A stretch of DNA of 64,000 nucleotides, taken from positions 642 to 64,641 of the forward strand of contig CAWBPT010000037.1 in the NCBI GenBank assembly GCA_963790655.1, written 5' to 3'. The DNA comes from an uncultured delta proteobacterium. GTDB taxonomy: Bacteria; Desulfobacterota; Desulfobaccia; Desulfobaccales; 0-14-0-80-60-11. Below the pieces are notes generated by a model. That model was not told the origin of the DNA. It was given only the letters and a program-made list of their open reading frames with translations, and searched no databases. The position numbers and the translations under genes are program-made. The stretch's first letter is position 1. The number at the start of each line of letters is the position of its first letter. This document shows, piece after piece, positions 49,494 to 59,022 of the stretch.

Positions 49494-50542
49494 TCACCAG
49501 CGATGTTTGCCTTCAGCATGGATGTCCTCGAGTATCTGATCCAGGGATTGGGCGATCTTCCAGTCGGGATAGTCTTGCTTAAACCTGGAATTATCGGTGA
49601 CCCACCAGCGATGGTCCCCGGTTCTCATGGGGTGATGGGACACCTTCATTTTATGGCCGGTGAGGCGCTGGCAGCGGTGGATGGCCTCCAGAAGGGAACA
49701 GGAGTTTTCCCGGCCTCCCCCCAGGTTGTAGACTACGTTCTTTCCCGGGGCCTGGATCACTGCGTGAATGGCCCGGATCATATCTTTCGCGTGCAGCTGG
49801 TCCCGCACCTGCAAGCCGTGGTAGCCGTAAATGCGATAAGGAGTTCTGGTGTAGGCGCAGCGCATCAAGTAAGAGAGCATGCCGTGGGCTTCGGTGCCGG
49901 CATGTTGCCCGCCCGTCAGGCAGGAAGCCCGGAAACAAGCGGCCTTCAGGCCGTACTGGTAGGCGTATTCCTGCACGTAGAGATCCGCGGCGGTTTTGGA
50001 CCGCCCGAAGAAGCTGGACATCCCCTGGTCCAGGGGCACGGTTTCGTCAAAACCCTGAAAATACCGGTGCCCTGGCGGCAGATCGTAGCGGCGGTTGCCG
50101 TTTTGGTATTCCAGGGTGTTGGGAAAATTGCCGTAGACCTTGATGGTGGAGAGATAGATGAAGATGGCTTCCGGGCTGAACCTGCGCCACAGGTCCAGCA
50201 GATTCAGGGTCCCGATGGCGTTGATCTGGAAGTCCTCCAGGATCTCGCCTTCGTGAGCCGTCTGGGCGGCGCAATGGATAACGGCCTTAAGACGGCGCCC
50301 GGCCTTTCGAAAGAGGGCGGTTAACCCTTCCTGGTCCCGGATGTCTTGGGCGTAGTTGGTAAAATTGGGCAACAACCCCGCCAGGCGGTCAAGGTTCCAG
50401 CGGGTGAACCTTGGGGATCATGGAGCAGCTTTCCCCTGAGGTCATTGTCCACCTCAATGATCCGGTACCCCTGGGCGTGAAAAAACTCCGCAGCCGCAGA
50501 CCCCACTAGCTCGCCGGCCGCGGTGATCAACATGGCGTCCAT
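49494..50542 (-). pseudogene. SDR epimerase (CDP-paratose 2-epimerase-like) with one frame shift and degraded catalytic motifs
   Basis: The N-terminal piece 50542>50321 (MLITAAGELVGS..IIEVDNDLRGKLLHDP) continues one base out of frame as RFTRWNLDRLAGLLPNF.. (ORF 50375>49494). The junction is at a C-run near 50395. The expected YxxxK is FGRSK, and the Rossmann GxxGxxG reads AAGELVG. Confidence 0.65.
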
Positions 50543-50640
50543 GTGACAGTCCCCAATTTTGCTGAGTAGCTGAGTTTTGCGACCCTTGGGAAGGTGAAAG
50601 GGCCGCTTGCTTTAGAAGATTGCTTCCCTGGCGCCTCAGG

Positions 50641-51567
50641 TCAGGCGGCAATAAGGATGTCGCGCCAATCGTAATGGTCCCGATACCACTTAATGGTGCG
50701 TTCCAGGCCCGCTTCCAGGGGAGTGAGGGTGTCGGCCGAGAATCCCAAGGGTTGGAGAGTCTCCGGGTCCCCCAGGACCACGCTGCGTCCCGGCTCCCCC
50801 GCTCGCATGGGCAGGTGTTTGACTCCCGCCTGATTGCCCGTAAGCCCGTTCACCAGCCGGGCAATTTCATTCACCGTGGTCCGGCGCCCCGTTCCCGCCT
50901 CGAAGACCGAATCGAAGCAATCGTGGTCGTAAACCAGGGCCCGGATCAGAATTTCCGCCAGGTCTTTGACGTAGATCATGTCCATGACTTGCTGGCCGTC
51001 GCCGAAAATTTCGATGGGCTGACCGTTCAAGGCCCGTACGATGAAATTTGGCGTGATCTTCCTGACTGGTTTGTGTTTCTGATATTCCCCGTAGGCGTTC
51101 AACCCGCGCACCACGGCAATCCTGGTGCCGAATTCCTTGTTGAACATCAAGGCGAATCTCTCTGCCGTGGTTTTGGTGATGGAATAGGTGTTGTGCATGA
51201 AGTAGTTGCCCACTGCAATCTGCACCCCCCGGATGCCTTTCCGATGCATGGAATTGGGCCGGCAGCCTTCAAAGACGTGCAAAGCCCCGTGGATATTAGT
51301 ATCCACCGAGGGGTGCGGGTTGTCCACCGTTTCCATGGTCCCCAGGATGCCCGCTAGGTTGATGACCCCGTCATGCTTGAAGACGGCTTCCATGACGACT
51401 TCCCGGTCACGCACGTCCCCCAGGAAGACATTCACCCGGTCACCCAGTTTCCCCAATCTGTGGGAATTTTGCTCCCGGTCCAGGACCGAGACTTCGTGAC
51501 CGTATTCCAGCAACCGCTCCACCACGTGGGTGCCGATAAATCCCGCACCGGTAACCAATACTTTCAT
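50641..51567 (-). CDS. NAD-dependent nucleotide-sugar epimerase/dehydratase (SDR)
   Basis: VLVTGAGFIGTHV is an intact Rossmann motif, and YSITK is a YxxxK motif. Confidence 0.8.
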   Translation of the reverse strand: MKVLVTGAGFIGTHVVERLLEYGHEVSVLDREQNSHRLGKLGDRVNVFLGDVRDREVVMEAVFKHDGVINLAGILGTMETVDNPHPSVDTNIHGALHVFEGCRPNSMHRKGIRGVQIAVGNYFMHNTYSITKTTAERFALMFNKEFGTRIAVVRGLNAYGEYQKHKPVRKITPNFIVRALNGQPIEIFGDGQQVMDMIYVKDLAEILIRALVYDHDCFDSVFEAGTGRRTTVNEIARLVNGLTGNQAGVKHLPMRAGEPGRSVVLGDPETLQPLGFSADTLTPLEAGLERTIKWYRDHYDWRDILIAA

Positions 51568-51576
51568 ATCCTCTCC

Positions 51577-52320
51577 TTATGGAAGTTTTTGGAAGGGGGG
51601 GCGCTCCCGGATAACCCCCTCCAGAAATTGTTGCAGGTCTCGCCGGACCTTGTCGTCGTTCTCGGGCCGCAGACGGTTGTAGGCGTATAGCGGCCGGGGG
51701 AGATAATAACACCGCTCCCAGCCGGCCATTTCGATCAGGGGAACCGACAGAGCCATATCGTACATGGCCTTAAACCACTGGCCGTTGGCCGTCTTGAAGG
51801 AGGCCTTCGGGATCTGCAAGAAATGGCGCCGCTTGAAACTGAAAAGATGGGTGGGCTGCCAACCCAGCCGGCGGACGTCCCCCGAAAGATGGTGCAGGGG
51901 GTTTGTCGGTTCCGCCTCTTGCCGAACCTCGCCCTGGGGGCCTTTTTCCAGGACCAGGTGAGTGCTCCAGGCGACGTCATGGGTCCGGTGCAGGTCGACC
52001 AGCCGCTCCACCGCGGTGTCGTCCAGGAGCCAGTCATCCCCGTCCAGGAGCCCCACCAGGCAATCCTCGCCGATATAATGGGTCAGGGCCTGCCAGACGT
52101 TATAGGAAGGGAAACGTCTCTTGGAATTAACGACCAGGTCGGCCGGGGGAACCTTTTGCCGCAGGATCTGGGCGGTCCCGTCGGTGGAGGCGTCATCTAT
52201 CCACAAATGACGGATCCGGGGATAGGTTTGCCGCCGGACGGAGGCCAGACAGTTACCCACCCAGGGAGCGGCATTCCAGACCGGCGAGAGTACCAGGAAG
52301 AGGGGAGCGGTGGGGCCCAT
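51577..52320 (-). CDS. Family 2 glycosyltransferase
   Basis: LVLSPVWNAAPWV...DDASTDGT and LDGDDWL (DxD). Confidence 0.7.
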   Translation of the reverse strand: MGPTAPLFLVLSPVWNAAPWVGNCLASVRRQTYPRIRHLWIDDASTDGTAQILRQKVPPADLVVNSKRRFPSYNVWQALTHYIGEDCLVGLLDGDDWLLDDTAVERLVDLHRTHDVAWSTHLVLEKGPQGEVRQEAEPTNPLHHLSGDVRRLGWQPTHLFSFKRRHFLQIPKASFKTANGQWFKAMYDMALSVPLIEMAGWERCYYLPRPLYAYNRLRPENDDKVRRDLQQFLEGVIRERPPFQKLP

Positions 52321-52427
52321 TGCTTCTCCGATTAGTGGCGGCCGTGAGGATTATCACCCTCGCTCAGATAGGGCGAGGCTCCGGGTTTGCTTATAGTTAA
52401 CCGGCAAGACTGGAGGCGGTTGCAGTT

Positions 52428-54644
52428 TTACTTATGATCCTCACGGCCGTTGTTATGATACAACTGATAATAGCTATTATAATAATCATAATATTTATAA
52501 TAGCCGTTGTATCCCATCTTTCTACTCTCAACCATGTTTAAAACTACTCCAATGGAGGCCGAATGCGACTGTAAGAGTAACTGGCGGGTCAATTGTCCGG
52601 CGGCCCGGGTGGTGGAATGGTGTCTGATAACCACCAAGACGGCATCCATCAGGCTGGAGAGCGCCCGGGCGTCGGCAAAACCAATAATGGGCGGGGTATC
52701 AATTATGAGATGCTGGAATTCGCCCTGGAGCTCTGCCAAAAGTTCGGTAAAGGCCCGAGAACCCGTAAGTTCCGTGGGGTTGGGAGGAACAGTGCCCGCG
52801 GGGATGAAAAACAGGTTGTCCGACTCGGTGGGGTAGACAATTTCTGAGACCTGGGCATTGCCGGAAAGATAGTTGCTCAGCCCCGGTTCTCCCGGCTTAT
52901 GAAAAGCCCGGTGCACCGAGGGTTTGCGCAGATCGCCATCAATCAATAACACCTTGCCCCGGCTCATGGCAATGGCAATAGCCAGGTTAATGGATAAGGT
53001 GGTTTTCCCCTCCCCGGGATTCGGACTGGTGACCATGATGCGCCCGGGAGGGCGGCCCGCACAGGAAAGCATAACGGAGGTGCGCACATGCCGGATGGCC
53101 TCGGCCACCATGGAATTGGGCTGATCCAGCATGCTAAATCTTGCATCCTTGGCCTCGAGGTCCTTCTTTCGGTCCTGGCGCCACAGGGGCACCACCCCCA
53201 GAACGGGAGCCCGGCAAATCCGCTCCAACTCCTCGGTGGTCTTGATGGAATCGTCAAAGTATTCCACCGCAAAGGCCAGGGCCACTCCCCCCAATAAACC
53301 GAAGAAGGCGGCTAAACCCAGATTGTACCGCTTGCTGGGTTTATAGGGCTTAAGAGGCACTTCGGCCGGGGCTATCATGGCCACGTTGCTGGCCACCATG
53401 GTACTGGCCACGCTGGCCTCTTTCATCCTTGCCAGTAAAGCCTGGTACAGCTGTTCATTGGTCTGCATATCCCGCTTGAGGATATGGTGCTGGACCAGGT
53501 TGTTCTGTAAATCCACCACCTGGGTTTTTTGGGATGCCATGGCTTCCCGCAGGAGATTTTCCGCCCTGAGCGCCACTTCGTAATCCGCTTCAATACTGAC
53601 ACCGATGCGCTGCACTTCGTGGTTCAGTCTGGAGCGCAGATCCGTCAGCTTGGCCTGTTCCGCCTGCAGCTGGGGATAATTGGCATCATAAATCTTATTG
53701 ATCCCTGACACCTTGGCTTCTTGCGCGATGGCTTCTTCCCGCAATTTCTGGACTAAAAGATTATTGGTGATCAGGGGGGCATCCAGCCCTTTTTCTTTTA
53801 TCTGACGATATTGCGCCTCCCTAACCGCCCTTTCGGATTGGGCCTTGGTGAGCAACATATTCAGGTCCACGTATTTCCCGACTATGACATTGTCTTTCCC
53901 TTCCAAAGACAGAAAGTCCTTCTTCTGGCCATGCTGGTACAGCTTGGCTTCGGAGGCCTCCACTTTGGAGCCCAGTTGCTGCAGTTCTTTTTCCAGCCAT
54001 TCTTTGATCAAGGCATAGGACTGCTGCCTGGTGTTCATGGAAAATTTGACGTATTCTTGGGCGATGGCGTTGGGAACCTGCTGGGCCAGGCGCTTGTCAT
54101 CCGATTCAAAGGCCACGTCCACCAGATAAGATCTCTTCTTGGGCCTGACTTCCAATTTCTTAAGAAAGGCATCGGCGATGATACTGTTTATTTCCACCGG
54201 GGATTTCTCCGGATTTTGCTCCCGCAAGATTTGGTAATCCGGGTGGTCTGCCAGGTTTAAGGACTCAATGATGCGGTAGGCCATGGGCCGGCTGCTTAAA
54301 ATCAAGTATTGGGTTTCATAGAAGCGGGTCAGGGAGTCTTGTCCGGCCATGGCCATCAGGGGGTCACGTTCTCCCATGATCGATGCAGGGTTGTCCTGAG
54401 TAATCTGCAGGGTACTGGCAGACCGGTAACTGGGGGTCAGGGAGAACGTGATCAGCCCTACGGTTATCACGGCGCTTAAAAAAGTCCCGATAACCCACCA
54501 TTTGCGCTTCAGCAGGATGTTCCAGTGGTCACGCAGATGATTAAGCCGATCATAGCCATCATCGTAATCGGCCCCGCGACTTGCCGCAGAAACGGCCGAG
54601 GGCGATACCGGAACCGGCATGTTGGGCTGACAGGTGTTTTCCAT
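52428..54644 (-). CDS. wzc: Wzc-type polysaccharide co-polymerase fused to a BY-kinase (tyrosine autokinase)
   Basis: Wzz-like N-terminus with two TM segments and a long coiled-coil periplasmic region. Walker A (SPNPGEGKTT), A' (LLIDGDLRKP) and B (LIIDTPP) are present, and the C-terminal tail has 10 Tyr in a 19-residue stretch. Confidence 0.9.
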   Translation of the reverse strand: MENTCQPNMPVPVSPSAVSAASRGADYDDGYDRLNHLRDHWNILLKRKWWVIGTFLSAVITVGLITFSLTPSYRSASTLQITQDNPASIMGERDPLMAMAGQDSLTRFYETQYLILSSRPMAYRIIESLNLADHPDYQILREQNPEKSPVEINSIIADAFLKKLEVRPKKRSYLVDVAFESDDKRLAQQVPNAIAQEYVKFSMNTRQQSYALIKEWLEKELQQLGSKVEASEAKLYQHGQKKDFLSLEGKDNVIVGKYVDLNMLLTKAQSERAVREAQYRQIKEKGLDAPLITNNLLVQKLREEAIAQEAKVSGINKIYDANYPQLQAEQAKLTDLRSRLNHEVQRIGVSIEADYEVALRAENLLREAMASQKTQVVDLQNNLVQHHILKRDMQTNEQLYQALLARMKEASVASTMVASNVAMIAPAEVPLKPYKPSKRYNLGLAAFFGLLGGVALAFAVEYFDDSIKTTEELERICRAPVLGVVPLWRQDRKKDLEAKDARFSMLDQPNSMVAEAIRHVRTSVMLSCAGRPPGRIMVTSPNPGEGKTTLSINLAIAIAMSRGKVLLIDGDLRKPSVHRAFHKPGEPGLSNYLSGNAQVSEIVYPTESDNLFFIPAGTVPPNPTELTGSRAFTELLAELQGEFQHLIIDTPPIIGFADARALSSLMDAVLVVIRHHSTTRAAGQLTRQLLLQSHSASIGVVLNMVESRKMGYNGYYKYYDYYNSYYQLYHNNGREDHK

Positions 54645-54660
54645 GATCTGCTCCCCTTAC

Positions 54661-55719
54661 CTAAGGAATGAGCGGCACTGAGGCGCCGATGGACCCAGGC
54701 AGCAAGTTCTTAAAATCAAACAGAAATCTTCTGAACCCCGACTCCTGCACAATAACGATGTCATTTTCTTTAAGGGGCGGGTCGGGGTTCTGTCCCGAAG
54801 TCACCTCCTTCAGATTAACCGGGATGGCCAGGCGCTGGCCCTCCGCGTCCAGGCGCAAGATGGTGACCCAATTGGAAGCCAGCATGGGGTCCAGGCCCTC
54901 GGTCAAAGCCAGGGCCTTGGTGACCGTCATGTTATCTTTCACCGCCACCTGTCCCGGTTTTTTAACTGCTCCCATGACGTAGGCCATGCGGGCCGGCGGC
55001 ACATAAATGACATCGCCGTTGCCGATGAGAAGATTCAATTCCGTGGCCCCTTCCAGCAGCAAGCGGCGCAGGTCCACCACCACCGCGGCCTCCCGGTCAG
55101 GCCAAAAGGCTTGACTCTTCGCGTCCTTCAAAGCCTTGGTGAGGGCCGGGGCCGTCTGGCGCCGGATGACGTAGACCAGTTCTCCCGCCTTCTCGGTGCC
55201 CCGGTCACTGAGACCTCCGGCCTTGCCCAACATTTCCAACAGGGTGCGGGGACCGATCATCTCATAGGAACCGGGATTGGCTACGGCTCCGGTCACCATG
55301 ACCCGCTGATGGCGATATTCCTTGACGAACACCGATATCTGCGGATTGCGAATGAATCTCCCTTCCCGGTAGCGGCTCACTAATTGCTCTTCGATCTCTT
55401 GGGGAGATTTTTCCGTCACTTTCACTACGCCAATCAACGGCAGGCTGATGTCCCCGGAACCGTTGACCCGGATTTCCCTGCCTAACTCATCGTTACCGAA
55501 GAAACTTATCTCCAGTAAATCCTCCGGTCCCACCTTATAATCTCGGTAACTGGTCAAACTTGCCTGATTCCCTTTTTCCATGAGGGTTGCTTGCAGCTTG
55601 CTTTTGCTTGACTGGAATTGTGGATCCGGAAGGGCTTGGCCCGGCGGGAGTTGCGGTGCCGGTCCGGCACATCCCCATATTAAGAGGAGTAGCAATGGTA
55701 TTATTGATCTCCGACTCAT
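54661..55719 (-). CDS. wza: Wza-type polysaccharide export outer-membrane lipoprotein
   Basis: Lipobox LLLIWGC, a Poly_export motif (YKVGPEDLLEISFFG) and SLBB-like repeats (GDVIYVP, NDIVIV). Confidence 0.85.
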   Translation of the reverse strand: MSRRSIIPLLLLLIWGCAGPAPQLPPGQALPDPQFQSSKSKLQATLMEKGNQASLTSYRDYKVGPEDLLEISFFGNDELGREIRVNGSGDISLPLIGVVKVTEKSPQEIEEQLVSRYREGRFIRNPQISVFVKEYRHQRVMVTGAVANPGSYEMIGPRTLLEMLGKAGGLSDRGTEKAGELVYVIRRQTAPALTKALKDAKSQAFWPDREAAVVVDLRRLLLEGATELNLLIGNGDVIYVPPARMAYVMGAVKKPGQVAVKDNMTVTKALALTEGLDPMLASNWVTILRLDAEGQRLAIPVNLKEVTSGQNPDPPLKENDIVIVQESGFRRFLFDFKNLLPGSIGASVPLIP

Positions 55720-56095
55720 TTAATTCTCCTCCATGACCTGCTGCAGCGCCAGAAACGAGGCTGCCATCAACGAGACAAGGGTGATATGGCCAGACGCAAT
55801 CAATCGGCTCACATCGGTGCCGGCCTGGGCAGCGCAGGTTTAGCCCGCCCTGATCATCAGGCAATCGGTTTTTTTCTTGGGGATGGTTACCTGAGACAGT
55901 TACATACCCCTGGAAATATCTAAACCGGGAATGGAAGAATAGTGAATCCGGCTTCAGCTCTGATAATGGCCGGGCGAAGGCGGCAAAGTCTTAGGCCTTG
56001 GGGTGAGCCGGGAACTAAGGGCAAAGAGGTTTTCCGAACTCCAGCCTGAGTAACGGGGGGCCTTCTGGGGGAGAGGTTTGCCCCGGGGGCCGGAA

Positions 56096-56593
56096 TCAAT
56101 GGTAAGGTTCCACCGCCTCCTGGGCCAGATCCACCGCGATGGCCCTTCCCAGCAGTTCTAGGGATACCACCAGCCGCTTCTTCCCTTGCTTTTGGCGCAA
56201 GATGGCGCCGGTGGCGCCTTCCAGGGGCCCCTCCGTTATTCTCACCTGCATGCCGGGTTCCAGTCGCGGATAAGAGTAGATCAGGCGCCCGCTCTGAAGA
56301 ACCGCATGGACGGAGTGGATGATATCCGGCGGCACCGGGGTGCCCCGTCCCTGGTTTCCCAGGATGCGCACCACTCCCCGGTGCTTCAAGACGTCATAGT
56401 ATATGGGGGTCTGGAGGTCGGCGTGCACGAACAGATACCCCGGAAACAGGGGCGCCTGCACCAGCCGGGAACGGTCCCGGCGCCGGCCGGGGACGGTAAT
56501 CCGGGGCAAAAAGGTCTCCAGGCCTCTGCGCCTCAGACCCGTTTCCACCAAGGCTTCGTGATTACTGCGGGTTTGGACCACGTACCAACTCAT
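56096..56593 (-). CDS. NusG-family paralogue (RfaH/UpxY/LoaP-like operon-specific antiterminator candidate)
   Basis: WYVVQT....E......L.....E.FLP...........APLFPGYLFV forms the NGN domain, followed by a KOW motif (GMQVRITEGPLEGATGAI). It is the first gene of the minus-strand glycan array. Confidence 0.8.
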   Translation of the reverse strand: MSWYVVQTRSNHEALVETGLRRRGLETFLPRITVPGRRRDRSRLVQAPLFPGYLFVHADLQTPIYYDVLKHRGVVRILGNQGRGTPVPPDIIHSVHAVLQSGRLIYSYPRLEPGMQVRITEGPLEGATGAILRQKQGKKRLVVSLELLGRAIAVDLAQEAVEPYH

Positions 56594-57295
56594 TTCCAGC
56601 CTCGATCTCCGGGGGAAAGCAGAATTGCTGGCGTCGCTTGGACAGGCTTCCGCCCCTTTAATTACCCGGGAAAACCAGATAATAATTTGTAATTACAATA
56701 AGTTAAATAATCTGCCGACGTTTTTGGGGGCCGGAAAAGGGCCTCGTGACCAAACCAGAAAACCTTAAACAAATTGTTGATGGTCCGGCTGACAAGGGAG
56801 GCGCCTCTTCTGATTCCAAGCTTTTTCTTGCTATCGGGTTTTGGAAAAACAAACTTTAAAGGTTTTGAAAAAATTTCTTCCTGACTGGGACGGTTATCTT
56901 GTTCTCTTTGGGAAGCCTGTTAAAGCAGCTTTCAGGAAGATTTTCCCCGCCCGGACCACCCGAACTCCCGAAGCGCTTAGCCTGGAAGGCTGGCCTGGCC
57001 CCGGGGTTGATGCCTGCCGGCGGGGTACGCCACTAACGCCGGCCAGGCAGGAATGGCGGCGACTTAAACTAGCTAAAGAGGGATAGAACCGGTACCGAGG
57101 CCAGAAGTCGGCGGGACGGAGGCAGCTAACTTATTTCTCAGGGGGTGGGGGAATTGGGGGCAGGAGGCTGGTTAAGCCCCCCTCAACCGCTGGACCGAGA
57201 AGATGCCATAGACTACGGATCTTTTACCGATCAATTGCGGCGGGTTTGTCACCTGGCTTTTCCTGAAACTGGATTTGCCAGGGAGCAACCGCTCC

Positions 57296-58135
57296 TTAGC
57301 CGAAACGACCGGTAATGTAATCTTCGGTTTTCTTATTGGCGGGCTTGGTAAAGATGGTTTGGGTGGGGCCAAACTCGATGATGTACCCCTGAAAGAAAAA
57401 AGCGGTGTAATCGGAAACCCGGGCCGCCTGCTGCATGTTGTGGGTGACAATGACAATGGTGTAGGTGGATTTCAGGTTATAGATCAATTCTTCGATTCTA
57501 CCGGTGGCAATGGGATCGATGGCGGAGGTCGGCTCATCCATCAGTAAGATTTCCGGCTCCACGGCCAGGGCCCGGGCGATGCAGAGCCGCTGCTGCTGGC
57601 CTCCGGAGAGCGCCGTCCCCGGATTGCGCAGGACATCCTTGACCTCGTCCCAAAGGGCCGCCCGGCTCAAAGCCTCTTCCACCCGGTCGGCCATTTCTCC
57701 CCGGTTGAGGCGGAAGTGCATCTTCAGGCCGTAGGCCACGTTATCAAAGACGCTCATGGGAAAGGGGGTGGGCTTCTGGAAGATCATGCCCACCTTCCGG
57801 CGCAACTCCATGATGTCGTACTTGGGGTCCAGAAGGTTCTCGCCGTCCAGGAGCACCTGGCCCTCGGCCCGCTGGTCCCGGTAGAGCTCGTAGATACGGT
57901 TGTAAACCCGCAGATGGGTGGACTTGCCACAGCCGGAGGGGCCGATGATGGCAGTGACCTGGTTCTTGGCAATGTCCAGGTTGTTGTCAAAGAGCGCCTG
58001 GGTATCGCCGTAATAGAAATTGAGGTGGCGGGTCGCCACCTTGCTCTCCTGACCGGTTTGGGCCAGGACTAGGGCGGACTCTGCCTGGCTATTGTCGCCG
58101 GGCGGCACATTGGGAAGTTTCCTTGCCATCTGCAT
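57296..58135 (-). CDS. pstB: Phosphate ABC transporter ATP-binding protein PstB (canonical C-terminus)
   Basis: [23 protein letters not shown], and it ends ..[10 protein letters not shown]. Confidence 0.9.
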   Translation of the reverse strand: MQMARKLPNVPPGDNSQAESALVLAQTGQESKVATRHLNFYYGDTQALFDNNLDIAKNQVTAIIGPSGCGKSTHLRVYNRIYELYRDQRAEGQVLLDGENLLDPKYDIMELRRKVGMIFQKPTPFPMSVFDNVAYGLKMHFRLNRGEMADRVEEALSRAALWDEVKDVLRNPGTALSGGQQQRLCIARALAVEPEILLMDEPTSAIDPIATGRIEELIYNLKSTYTIVIVTHNMQQAARVSDYTAFFFQGYIIEFGPTQTIFTKPANKKTEDYITGRFG

Positions 58136-58164
58136 GTCGGTTTACTCGCGGCGCGGCCCGAGCT

Positions 58165-59016
58165 TCAGGAAATCGGGACGTCCTGTGGCCGTTCCTGCCT
58201 GGCCATCATTTCGGCCAGCCGCTCCTTGTCGGGGACTTCCTCGAGCAACGAGAATTTACTGAAGATTTCCCGCGTCGGGCCGAAATCCAGGATCCGCCCC
58301 TGGAAAAAATAGGCGGTGTAATCCGAGATGCGGGCCGCCTGCTGCATGTTGTGAGTGACAATCGTAATAGTATAATGCTCCTTTAACCGGAGAATCAAGT
58401 CTTCGATCTTGGCAGTAGCCACCGGGTCGATGGCCGAACAGGGCTCGTCCATGAGCAGGACCTCGGGCTCCACCACGATGGCCCGGGCGATGCATAGGCG
58501 CTGCTGCTGGCCGCCGGAGAGAGAGGTGCCGGGGCGGTGCAGCACGTCCTTAACCTCGTCCCACAAGGCCGCGCCCCTGAGGGCCTTCTCCACCCGGTCG
58601 TTCATGGCTTGCTTCTTCAGGCGGTAGTGCTGCCTCAGCCCAAAAGCCACGTTGTCATAGATGCTCAAAGGAAAAGGAATGGGCCGTTGGAAGACCATCC
58701 CCAAACGCCGGCGCAGTTCCATGACGTCGGTTTCAGGAGAGAGGATATTGCGACCGTCCAGCCAGATCTCGCCGGTGGCCGCATATTCGGAATAGAGTTC
58801 GTAGATGCGGTTGTACACCCGGATGTGGGTGGACTTGCCGCACCCCGAGGGCCCGATGATGGCCGTCACCTGGCGTTCGGCGATGTCCAGGTTGTTGTGG
58901 AATAAGGCCTGCTGTTGGCCATAGTAAAAATTCAGGTTGCGGACCGAGATCTTGGGAGCCGGCCCGGGGGTGTCCCGATAGGGAGCAGCCGTTGGTTGCG
59001 GCAGGGTAAATTCCAT
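58165..59016 (-). CDS. pstB: Second PstB paralogue with a divergent C-terminal tail
   Basis: It has the same Walker/ABC signature motifs, but ends ..[32 protein letters not shown] instead of the [10 protein letters not shown]-type end. Confidence 0.85.
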   Translation of the reverse strand: MEFTLPQPTAAPYRDTPGPAPKISVRNLNFYYGQQQALFHNNLDIAERQVTAIIGPSGCGKSTHIRVYNRIYELYSEYAATGEIWLDGRNILSPETDVMELRRRLGMVFQRPIPFPLSIYDNVAFGLRQHYRLKKQAMNDRVEKALRGAALWDEVKDVLHRPGTSLSGGQQQRLCIARAIVVEPEVLLMDEPCSAIDPVATAKIEDLILRLKEHYTITIVTHNMQQAARISDYTAYFFQGRILDFGPTREIFSKFSLLEEVPDKERLAEMMARQERPQDVPIS

Positions 59017-59022
59017 GGGGTC

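Noticed and set aside
55720-56095. The 376-nt gap between the NusG paralogue and wza, examined as a possible small RNA or ops-type site.
   Set aside because: I found no E. coli-type ops core (GGCGGTAG), no obvious conserved structure and no terminator. Nothing can be supported from a single sequence.
56841-57086. An 81-aa plus-strand ORF in the pstB/NusG-paralogue gap.
   Set aside because: It has a TTG start without an SD sequence, an Arg/Pro/Gly-rich C-terminal half typical of non-coding GC-rich DNA, and no motif.
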